Of a stretch of 64,000 nt of DNA, positions 31,053 through 38,869 are shown piece after piece (within the stretch, counting starts at the first letter, position 1; each line of letters opens with the position of its first letter). Source of the stretch: Flaviramulus sp. (lineage in GTDB: Bacteria > Bacteroidota > Bacteroidia > Flavobacteriales > Flavobacteriaceae); contig JANQTJ010000037.1 of the NCBI GenBank assembly GCA_030731745.1, positions 77,685-141,684 of the forward strand. The letters run 5' to 3'. Position numbers and translations under genes: made by a program. The notes beneath the pieces were generated by a model. That model was not told where the DNA came from. It saw only the letters and a program-made list of their open reading frames with translations, and searched no databases.

Positions 31053-31124
31053 TGCGTTAGGAATTGAGGCATTTGTTGAAACTCTCCCGATTTTTATCGG
31101 GAAGCAACTGCCGAAAGCCCAACC
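31053..31124 (-). repeat. Structured intergenic repeat, copy B (reverse orientation)
   Basis: The reverse complement reads GGTTGGGCTTTCGG...CAATTCCTAACGCA, so it shares both termini with copy A. The centre holds a perfect hairpin, TCCCGAT-TTTT-ATCGGGA. Confidence 0.65.
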
Positions 31125-31196
31125 TTTTTTTTGTAACTATAAGTAGATTTTTAAAACTCAATGTTACACAAAAAAACAGGTAACGTCCACAATATT

Positions 31197-32222
31197 TTAA
31201 TTCCCGTATTCTTTAACAGCATCAATAAACGCTTTGGCATGGTTTAAAGGTATGTTTGGTAAAATACCATGACCAAGGTTGACGATGTATTTATCTTTCC
31301 CAAAGTCGTTTATCATTTGGAGAACCATTTTTTTTATTTCTGCAGGAGTCGATAACAACCTTGATGGATCAAAATTACCTTGTAGAGTAATATTGCCTCC
31401 AGTTAAGTATCTTGCGTTTCTGGCAGAACAAGTCCAGTCTACACCTAAAGCCGAAGCGCCAGATTTTGCCATCTCGCCAAGAGCAAACCAACAACCTTTA
31501 CCAAATGCAATTACAGGAGCATCATCTTTTAATGCATTGATTATTTGTTGTATGTATTGCCATGAAAATTCTTGATAATCTACAGGCGATAACATACCTC
31601 CCCAAGAATCGAAAACTTGAACGGCATTAACGCCTGCTTTTACTTTTTCTTTTAAGTAAGCAATGGTCGTATCTGTTATTTTTTGAAGTAATTGATGAGC
31701 AGCAATAGGGTTAGTAAAACAAAATTCTTTGGCCTTATCAAAGTTTTTACTGCCTTGACCTTGAACACAGTAGCATAAAATTGTCCAAGGGGATCCTGCA
31801 AATCCTATTAAAGGAATTTCATCGTTAAGTTTTTCTTTGGTAACCTTTATAGCTTCGTAAACGTAATTTAAAGCTTCTTTTACATCCGGTACAATAACAT
31901 TGTCAACGTCTTTTTGAGAGCGAATAGGGTTTGGTAAATAGGGGCCAAAATTTGGTTTCATTTGCACCTCAATATTCATAGCTTGAGGGATAACCAAAAT
32001 ATCACTGAATAATATGGCAGCATCCATACCGTATCGACGGATAGGTTGTATTGTAATTTCACTGGCTAATTCTGGTGTTTGGCAACGCGTAAAGAAATCG
32101 TATTTTTCCTTTATTGCCATGAATTCTGGTAAATAACGTCCTGCTTGGCGCATCATCCAAACTGGAGGACGATTAACAGTTTCTCCTTTTAATGCTCTTA
32201 AAAATAAATCGTTTTTAATCAT
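31197..32222 (-). CDS. hemE: Uroporphyrinogen decarboxylase
   Basis: Has the motif '[15 protein letters not shown]' and is 341 aa. Confidence 0.95.
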   Translation of the reverse strand: MIKNDLFLRALKGETVNRPPVWMMRQAGRYLPEFMAIKEKYDFFTRCQTPELASEITIQPIRRYGMDAAILFSDILVIPQAMNIEVQMKPNFGPYLPNPIRSQKDVDNVIVPDVKEALNYVYEAIKVTKEKLNDEIPLIGFAGSPWTILCYCVQGQGSKNFDKAKEFCFTNPIAAHQLLQKITDTTIAYLKEKVKAGVNAVQVFDSWGGMLSPVDYQEFSWQYIQQIINALKDDAPVIAFGKGCWFALGEMAKSGASALGVDWTCSARNARYLTGGNITLQGNFDPSRLLSTPAEIKKMVLQMINDFGKDKYIVNLGHGILPNIPLNHAKAFIDAVKEYGN

Positions 32223-32291
32223 TTCTTTGATTATTAGTTACTTGTTAATGGTTGTTAGTTCTATTAACCAATAGCCATTAACAAGTAACCA

Positions 32292-33869
32292 TTATACATA
32301 ATATTCGTTCACCAATTCAATCACACTTTCTACCGTAGGTACTTTTGCAATTCTTACATCATTAAAGTGTTTTCTAGCTTCGTTAGCTGTTGTTTCCCCA
32401 ATACAAAAAGCAATAATTTCACCTTTATTTTTTTCAACAAAACTTTCAACAGTTGATGGACTGTAAAACATAACCACTTCTACAGATTCATCAATTTTAA
32501 AGCCATCAAATTTTGTTTGGTAGGCTTCAACTTCATTTACTTTTATATTATTCTCAGATAGAATAGTAGGTAAAGCATCTAGTCTGATATCACTGCAAAA
32601 GTAAGTAACCTCAGTACCTTCAAGGTATTCAACTAAATATTTAGCTAGTGCTTCAGCATTTTTTTCAAAATGTTTGACCTTCCCAATACGATCTTCTACC
32701 AGACGTTTGGTTCTTCTTCCTACACAGTAAATATTTTTGAACTGTAATTCGATTGCTGAATAGTTAGTAATTAACGATTCAACCGCATTTTTACTCGTAA
32801 TCACTACATTTTGAATTTCGTTTTTTAAGAAACGCGGATGAATACGATTCAAACTTATTTTGATAAAATCACTACTCTCAGGAGCTACTTTTTCATTAAA
32901 TAATAAACGTTGATCTTCAGTGAAGGATTTTGTTGAAAACACATTCGTTTTCCTGTAACTGTGCTTGATAGCATCCATTAAACGTTTTCCGCCACGCTCA
33001 ATTATAAAATCAGCACAAAACTGTGCCATATCATGATGTTCTCCTAGTTTTTTAACACGTGTAACATCAATTCTTTTAGAACCATCGGTGCTTAATAAAA
33101 CCCCTTTAAAATTAATTTCTTCATTTTTGATGTATGCTAATGCGCCAATTGGTGCTGTACAACCACCTTCTAACTTATTTAGAAATTCACGTTCAATAGT
33201 GGTGCAGATTTCGGTTTCTTCATGGTTTAATTCAGCACAAGCAGTTCTAACAAAATTATCTTCTTCTAAAGCCGTAATCATGATGGCGCCTTGTGCTGGC
33301 GCAGGAATCATCCAATCCAAATTAACTGCTTCTTCTGGTCTTATTCCTATTCTACCAATACCAGCAGCAGCTAAAATAGCACCGTTCCAGTTTTCATTAT
33401 CTTCTAGTTTTTGTAAACGAGAATTCACATTGCCTCTTAAATCTACAATGGTGTGCGTAGGGAACCTATTTAACCACTGTGCACGACGGCGTAAACTCCC
33501 TGTTGCAATAGTGGCATTTTTTGAGCTTAAAAACTCTTCGTTATTTTTAAAAACTAAAGTGTCATTTACATTTCCACGCTTTAAAACTGCAGCCTGTACA
33601 ATTCCTTTTGGTAAAACAGTTGGAACATCTTTTAAAGAGTGAACTGCTATATCAATATCGTTATTTAACATAGCAATATCAAGAGTACGTGTAAAAATGC
33701 CTGTAATTCCTAATTCGTATAGCGGTTTTTCTAAAACTAAATCACCAGTAGATTTTACTGGAACTAATGTGGTTTTATGACCTAAATTTTCGAGTTGACT
33801 TTGTACTATTTTGGCTTGCCACAGTGCTAATTCACTATCGCGTGTACCAATTCTTATGACTTTAGACAT
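32292..33869 (-). CDS. hemC: Fused hydroxymethylbilane synthase / uroporphyrinogen-III synthase
   Basis: The N-terminal about 305 aa is HemC ('IRIGTRDSELALWQA', cofactor Cys in 'GGCTAPIG'). The C-terminal about 220 aa is HemD-like and lies at roughly 32292..32954. Confidence 0.85.
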   Translation of the reverse strand: MSKVIRIGTRDSELALWQAKIVQSQLENLGHKTTLVPVKSTGDLVLEKPLYELGITGIFTRTLDIAMLNNDIDIAVHSLKDVPTVLPKGIVQAAVLKRGNVNDTLVFKNNEEFLSSKNATIATGSLRRRAQWLNRFPTHTIVDLRGNVNSRLQKLEDNENWNGAILAAAGIGRIGIRPEEAVNLDWMIPAPAQGAIMITALEEDNFVRTACAELNHEETEICTTIEREFLNKLEGGCTAPIGALAYIKNEEINFKGVLLSTDGSKRIDVTRVKKLGEHHDMAQFCADFIIERGGKRLMDAIKHSYRKTNVFSTKSFTEDQRLLFNEKVAPESSDFIKISLNRIHPRFLKNEIQNVVITSKNAVESLITNYSAIELQFKNIYCVGRRTKRLVEDRIGKVKHFEKNAEALAKYLVEYLEGTEVTYFCSDIRLDALPTILSENNIKVNEVEAYQTKFDGFKIDESVEVVMFYSPSTVESFVEKNKGEIIAFCIGETTANEARKHFNDVRIAKVPTVESVIELVNEYYV

Positions 33870-35124
33870 TTTTTGGTGAAGGTTCTAATTGGAACACTTT
33901 TTTAATAAGTTCTAGACTTTCGTCTGTAGAAAAGCTATCATCTTTTAAATGATGTGCGAAATGGTTTGTAATTTTTTGTATGATATTATTTGTAATTAAT
34001 TCGGCTTGTGCTTCATTAAAATCACTCATTTTTTTACGTTGAGTTTCTAATTCTGCTATTGCAAAATCATTTAATTTATGTTTTAGAGCTTTAATAGTTG
34101 GCGCAAATTTTCTGGTTTCGAGCCAGCTATTAAACTCTGTTTTAACTTCTTCAATAATAGCCTCAGCAAGCGGAATATGTTTTTTTCTAGATTCTAAAGT
34201 TTGATCCGTTATTTTAGATAAATCATCTAGATGAACTAAGGTTACTTTCTCTAAATTCTCAACATTTTCATTCACGTTTTTAGGAATAGATAAATCTAAG
34301 ATTAGTAAGTTTTTTTTAGTTTGAATGAGATGCTTATCTATGGTTGGTCGTTGTGCACCAGTAGCTACAATTAAGATATCCGATTTACTGATTTCTTCTT
34401 GTAAATTAGAATAATCTTTAACCACTAAATTAAATTTTCCAGCAATTTGTTCTGCTTTATCTTTGGTTCTATTAATTAAAGTGATATGTTTATTTTTGGT
34501 ATGTTTTACTAGGTTTTCGCAAGTGTTTCTTCCAATTTTTCCTGTGCCAAATAGCAAAATATTTTTGTTTGAAATATCTTCAACAGTGTTGAAAATATAT
34601 TGCACAGAAGCAAAGGAAACAGAGGTAACTCCGGAAGAAATTTCAGTTTCATTTTTTATGCGTTTACTTGCCTGAATAACGGCATTAATTAAACGTTCGG
34701 TGAAATGATTAAGTAAATTGTGTTTTTTTGAAATTCGAGCACTTGTTTTTAACTGACTAATAATTTCAAAATCACCTAGAATTTGACTGTCTAATCCAGA
34801 ACCCACTCTAAACATATGTGCTATGGCATCGTTGTTTTTATATATGTATGCTACTTTTTGAAATTCTTCAACAGTACCGTGCGTATTATTACAAAGTAAA
34901 TGAATAAGTTGAAAAGGGTGTTGTGCAAAACCGTATATTTCGGTTCTATTACAAGTTGATGTAACAATTAAGCTTTCAATATTATTTTCTTTAGCTTGGT
35001 TAAGTAAAGCTAGTTTAGATGATTCATCCAAACTAAAGCGCCCGCGTATGTCTGCATCGGCTTTTTTGTAACTTAAACCAATGGCATAAAAGTAGCTACT
35101 TCTTGAAATATTATACTTTTCCAT
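33862..35124 (-). CDS. hemA: Glutamyl-tRNA reductase
   Basis: Has the active site 'TCNRTEIY' and NADPH site 'GTGKIG'. It overlaps hemC/D by 8 nt. Confidence 0.93.
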   Translation of the reverse strand: MEKYNISRSSYFYAIGLSYKKADADIRGRFSLDESSKLALLNQAKENNIESLIVTSTCNRTEIYGFAQHPFQLIHLLCNNTHGTVEEFQKVAYIYKNNDAIAHMFRVGSGLDSQILGDFEIISQLKTSARISKKHNLLNHFTERLINAVIQASKRIKNETEISSGVTSVSFASVQYIFNTVEDISNKNILLFGTGKIGRNTCENLVKHTKNKHITLINRTKDKAEQIAGKFNLVVKDYSNLQEEISKSDILIVATGAQRPTIDKHLIQTKKNLLILDLSIPKNVNENVENLEKVTLVHLDDLSKITDQTLESRKKHIPLAEAIIEEVKTEFNSWLETRKFAPTIKALKHKLNDFAIAELETQRKKMSDFNEAQAELITNNIIQKITNHFAHHLKDDSFSTDESLELIKKVFQLEPSPKNV

Positions 35125-35146
35125 ACTTACACTCGAAAATATGAGG

Positions 35147-35154
35147 CAAAAATA
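35147..35154 (-). promoter_or_regulatory. -7 box (TATTTTTG) for hemA
   Basis: The reverse complement of CAAAAATA matches TAnnTTTG, about 22 nt upstream of the hemA ATG. Confidence 0.45.
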
Positions 35155-35248
35155 TAGGGATGCTTTCTAAAAAAATAACGCTCAAAGAACTTTTAGTATC
35201 GTTTCAAGTTTTTTAAACTCTTTTTGATAAAATAAATAATAAAAGTCA

Positions 35249-35256
35249 TATTTTTG
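35249..35256 (+). promoter_or_regulatory. -7 box TATTTTTG for the AraC gene
   Basis: Matches TAnnTTTG about 57 nt upstream of the ATG at 35314. Confidence 0.4.
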
Positions 35257-35284
35257 CAGTAAAATCAATAGTTTAGATCATTTC

Positions 35285-35305
35285 TATTTAGAATCAATCT
35301 AAATA
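35285..35305. promoter_or_regulatory. 21-bp palindrome in the AraC leader
   Basis: TATTTAGA-ATCAA-TCTAAATA has 8-bp perfect arms and ends 8 nt before the ATG. A third half-site, TTTAGAT, lies at 35272..35278. Confidence 0.4.
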
Positions 35306-35313
35306 AAAGCAAA

Positions 35314-36213
35314 ATGAATAACGTGGAAAGTTCTCGAAAAAATGTCGCTGAAAGTTCGTTTAAAGAAACAAGAGTAGATGATGGTTTTTTGGTCTTAACT
35401 TATAAGAATGACCAAAGTGAATCACAACGTGTTGTTAAAGAAATAGATAGCGATTTTATTCAATTTCATTTTTGTGTTAAAGGGTGCTGTAAATTTATTT
35501 TTAATGAAGGTAGGTACTCTTTAAATGTTTTAGAAGAGAATTCTTTATTGCTTTACAATCCGCAACGCGATTTACCAATAAATCTTGAGGTAGATCCAAA
35601 TTCTTGGATAGTTTCTGTTTTAATTTCCATAAAAAAGTTTCATGGATTATTTTCGCAAGAAGCAGGTTATATAACCTTTTTAAGCGATGATAATAAAGAT
35701 AAAAAATATTATAAAGATGGTGTTATATCTCCATCTATGGCTATTGTTATAAATCAAGTAATAAACTTTAACCTTAACCAATCTATTAAAAACTTGTATT
35801 TTAAGGGTAAAGCTTACGAACTTTTAAGTTTATATTTTAATAGAAGTGAAGATGCTAATATTGAGCAATGTCCTTTTTTAATTGATGAAACGAATGTTAT
35901 TAAAATTAGAAAAGCAAAAGATATTATAATCTCACGTATGGCTGAACCACCAAGTTTACAAGAATTAGCTGATGAAATAGGTTTAACATTAAAAAAACTG
36001 AAAGAAGGCTTTAAACAAATTTATGGAGATTCTGTTTTTAGTTTTTTGTTTGATTATAAGATGGAAGTAGCCAGAAAATTACTAGAATCTGGAGAAGATA
36101 ATGTTAATGAAGTTGGTTTAAAAGTTGGATACAGTACTGCTAGTCATTTTATTGCAGCATTTAAAAAGAAATACGGCACCACACCCAAAAAATATGTTAC
36201 GTCATTAAATTAA
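35314..36213 (+). CDS. AraC-family transcriptional regulator, divergent from hemA
   Basis: The C-terminal AraC double HTH has 'VGYSTASHFIAAFKKKYGTTP'. The roughly 190-aa N-terminal domain is of unknown type. Confidence 0.85.
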   Translation: MNNVESSRKNVAESSFKETRVDDGFLVLTYKNDQSESQRVVKEIDSDFIQFHFCVKGCCKFIFNEGRYSLNVLEENSLLLYNPQRDLPINLEVDPNSWIVSVLISIKKFHGLFSQEAGYITFLSDDNKDKKYYKDGVISPSMAIVINQVINFNLNQSIKNLYFKGKAYELLSLYFNRSEDANIEQCPFLIDETNVIKIRKAKDIIISRMAEPPSLQELADEIGLTLKKLKEGFKQIYGDSVFSFLFDYKMEVARKLLESGEDNVNEVGLKVGYSTASHFIAAFKKKYGTTPKKYVTSLN

Positions 36214-36228
36214 ATAAAAATAAAAACG

Positions 36229-36390
36229 ATGAAATATTTAACTCCAGAAATTGAAGCCTTATCAAAAAATTTTGTAACAAAATCTTTAGTGCGTTCGAAT
36301 GTTTCGTGTGGGATTTTTCAAGATTGTGATTATAATGAAGACCGACCAAAATTATATCATCAACAAAAATCAGAAAATAATAAAGAGTAG
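36229..36390 (+). CDS. Possible 53-aa small ORF (MKYLTPEIEALSKNFVTKSLVRSNVSCGIFQDCDYNEDRPKLYHQQKSENNKE)
   Basis: An ATG-to-TAG ORF 15 nt after the AraC stop and 31 nt before hemH. It is too short for the ORF track. Confidence 0.3.
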   Translation: MKYLTPEIEALSKNFVTKSLVRSNVSCGIFQDCDYNEDRPKLYHQQKSENNKE

Positions 36391-36421
36391 TTTTTAAATA
36401 AAAAAAAATAAAAATTGAAAA

Positions 36422-37468
36422 ATGAAAAAAGGAATTTTACTTGTTAACCTAGGTTCTCCCGATAGCCCAGAACCTAAAGATGTAAAAAAGTATTTAGGTG
36501 AGTTTTTAATGGATGAACGTGTGATTGATGTACCACTTTGGGCAAGAAACTTACTTGTTAAAGGTATTATTTTAAATACACGACCAAAAACTTCCGCAAA
36601 AGCGTATAAAAAAATCTGGTGGGATGAAGGCTCACCACTTATTGTAATTTCTGAAAGACTTCAACATAAATTACAAAAACAAGTAGATTGTCCAATTGCT
36701 TTAGCGATGCGTTATGGAAGCATGACTATTAAAAAAGGGCTTCAAGAATTGGTTGATAAAGGCGTTGATGAGGTTTTATTATTTCCGTTATATCCGCAGT
36801 TTGCTATGGCAACTACAGAAACGATTACAGTTTTAGCTGAAGAAATTCGAGTACTTCATTTTCCAAATTTAAAAATAGAATCAGTTCCTGCGTTCTATAA
36901 TAAACCAGACTATATAAAAGTACTTTCCAATTCTATAAAAAAATATTTAGAAGGTAAAAATTACGAGCATTTACTATTTTCTTATCACGGTGTTCCGGAA
37001 CGACATATTCGTAAAAGCGATATCACAAAATCACACTGTAAACCAAGTGATAAAATAGATTGTGTTTGTTGTAAAACTCCAAGTGAGGCACACGAGTTTT
37101 GCTATAAACATCAATGCAAGGAAGTAACTCGTTTAGTGGCTGAAAAACTTCAATTTGAGGAAGGAACTTATTCAACCTCGTTTCAATCACGTTTAGGATT
37201 CGATCCATGGTTGCAACCTTACACAGATAGAACTATTGAACGTTTAGGAAAACAAGGCGTTAAAACCATGGCTATTGTAACACCCGCATTTGTGAGTGAT
37301 TGTTTAGAAACTTTGGAAGAAATTGCTATGGAAGGTGAAGAAATTTTTCATGAGGTAGGTGGTAAAGAGTTTACAACCATACCATGTTTAAATGATGATG
37401 ACGAGTGGGTAGCATTACTATCAAAATGGATAAAGGAATGGGTAACCGTTGAACCGTCTTTTGTTTAA
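36422..37468 (+). CDS. hemH: Ferrochelatase
   Basis: Has 'LLVNLGSPDSP', 'FSYHGVPE' and 'VSDCLETLEE'. Length is 348 aa. Confidence 0.95.
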   Translation: MKKGILLVNLGSPDSPEPKDVKKYLGEFLMDERVIDVPLWARNLLVKGIILNTRPKTSAKAYKKIWWDEGSPLIVISERLQHKLQKQVDCPIALAMRYGSMTIKKGLQELVDKGVDEVLLFPLYPQFAMATTETITVLAEEIRVLHFPNLKIESVPAFYNKPDYIKVLSNSIKKYLEGKNYEHLLFSYHGVPERHIRKSDITKSHCKPSDKIDCVCCKTPSEAHEFCYKHQCKEVTRLVAEKLQFEEGTYSTSFQSRLGFDPWLQPYTDRTIERLGKQGVKTMAIVTPAFVSDCLETLEEIAMEGEEIFHEVGGKEFTTIPCLNDDDEWVALLSKWIKEWVTVEPSFV

Positions 37469-38820
37469 TGGCTAAAGTTCCATCACAAGGTTTAGGAACC
37501 GAACCTATAAGTACACTTCTTATAAAACAAGCAGTTCCAGCCTCCATAGGGATTTTAGTAATGTCGCTAAATATACTGGTTGATACTATTTTTGTTGGCC
37601 AATGGATTGGCTCTATAGCCATTGCAGCCATTAATGTGGTATTACCGGTATCGTTTTTTATTGCAGCATTAGGTATGGCTATTGGTGTTGGAGGATCTTC
37701 TATAATTTCTCGAGCTTTGGGTGCTGAAAATAACACAAAAGCACTTAAAACTTTTGGTAATCAAATTACGTTAACATTTTTATTCACTATTACGTTTGCC
37801 GTTTTTGGTCTTTATTTTGTTGACACTTTAATTCCCGCTTTTGGTGGTAAAGGCACTATTTTTGAACCTGCAAAAACCTATTACGAAATCATATTATACG
37901 GCGTTCCTGTTTTAGGATTTGTGATGATGGGAAATAATGTTATTCGGGCAGAAGGAAACCCTAAATTTGCTATGTATGCGATGCTTATTCCATCTATTGG
38001 GAATTTAGTATTCGATTACCTTTTTATCAATGTATTAAACATAGGAATGGCTGGCGCTGCTTGGGCAACTACGGGTTCTTATGTGGTTTCTTTTCTATTC
38101 ATTTTTTGGTATTTTTTATCTAAAAATTCTGAAATGAAAATCAATTGGTCTCATTTAGGATTGGATAAAAATATCGTCTTAGAAATAAGCGCTTTAGGCT
38201 CGGTTACTTTAGTAAGACAAGCTGTAATTAGTGTTACATTTTTGTTAGTTAATAACGCTTTATTCAATTTTGGTGGAGAAACATCTGTAACTGCATATGC
38301 CATTGTTGGTAGAATGAGCATGTTTGCCTTGTTTCCTGTTTTTGGTATTACTCAAGGCTTTATACCTATTGCAGGATATAATTATGGTGCAAACCAAAAT
38401 CAACGTGTTAAAGAAGTAATTTTTACAGCAATAAAGTATGCAACTATTTTGGCTACATTAGTTTTTATTAGTTTAATGCTTTTCCCCGAAATGATAACCA
38501 AATGGTTTACTACAGATGAAGCAGTAATTAGCGTAACGCCTAATAATATGCGTTGGGCATTTGCAGCAGTACCAGTTTTAGCTTTACAACTTATTGGTGC
38601 AGCTTATTTTCAAGCTATAGGTAAAGCATTACCAGCGTTATTATTAACATTAACAAGGCAAGCCATATTCTTTATTCCACTCATGTATATTTTGCCTATT
38701 TTTTTTGGAGAATTAGGTATTTGGATATCGTTCCCAATTTCAGATGTTTTATCAACCATACTTACAGCATTCTTTTTACATCGTGAAGTAAAGTTAAAAT
38801 TAAATCAAACTTCAGAATAA
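37468..38820 (+). CDS. MATE-family efflux transporter
   Basis: 450 aa with a 12-TM pattern. The start overlaps the hemH stop (TAATG). Confidence 0.85.
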   Translation: MAKVPSQGLGTEPISTLLIKQAVPASIGILVMSLNILVDTIFVGQWIGSIAIAAINVVLPVSFFIAALGMAIGVGGSSIISRALGAENNTKALKTFGNQITLTFLFTITFAVFGLYFVDTLIPAFGGKGTIFEPAKTYYEIILYGVPVLGFVMMGNNVIRAEGNPKFAMYAMLIPSIGNLVFDYLFINVLNIGMAGAAWATTGSYVVSFLFIFWYFLSKNSEMKINWSHLGLDKNIVLEISALGSVTLVRQAVISVTFLLVNNALFNFGGETSVTAYAIVGRMSMFALFPVFGITQGFIPIAGYNYGANQNQRVKEVIFTAIKYATILATLVFISLMLFPEMITKWFTTDEAVISVTPNNMRWAFAAVPVLALQLIGAAYFQAIGKALPALLLTLTRQAIFFIPLMYILPIFFGELGIWISFPISDVLSTILTAFFLHREVKLKLNQTSE

Positions 38821-38869
38821 TAATTTTTTATCCTTATTTTTAAAGCAACTAACTTAATAACCATAAATA

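Noticed and set aside
31091-31108. The perfect hairpin TCCCGATTTTTATCGGGA could be an intrinsic terminator between hemE and the EI24-like gene.
   Set aside because: In the direction of transcription (minus strand) it is not followed by a U-tract, so I report it only as part of repeat copy B.
33088-33642. A 184-aa plus-strand ORF lies inside hemC/D.
   Set aside because: It is entirely antisense to a gene with strong HemC motifs, and it has no motif or start context of its own.
37371-37736. A 121-aa minus-strand ORF spans the hemH/MATE junction.
   Set aside because: It is antisense to two well-supported genes and has no recognisable features.
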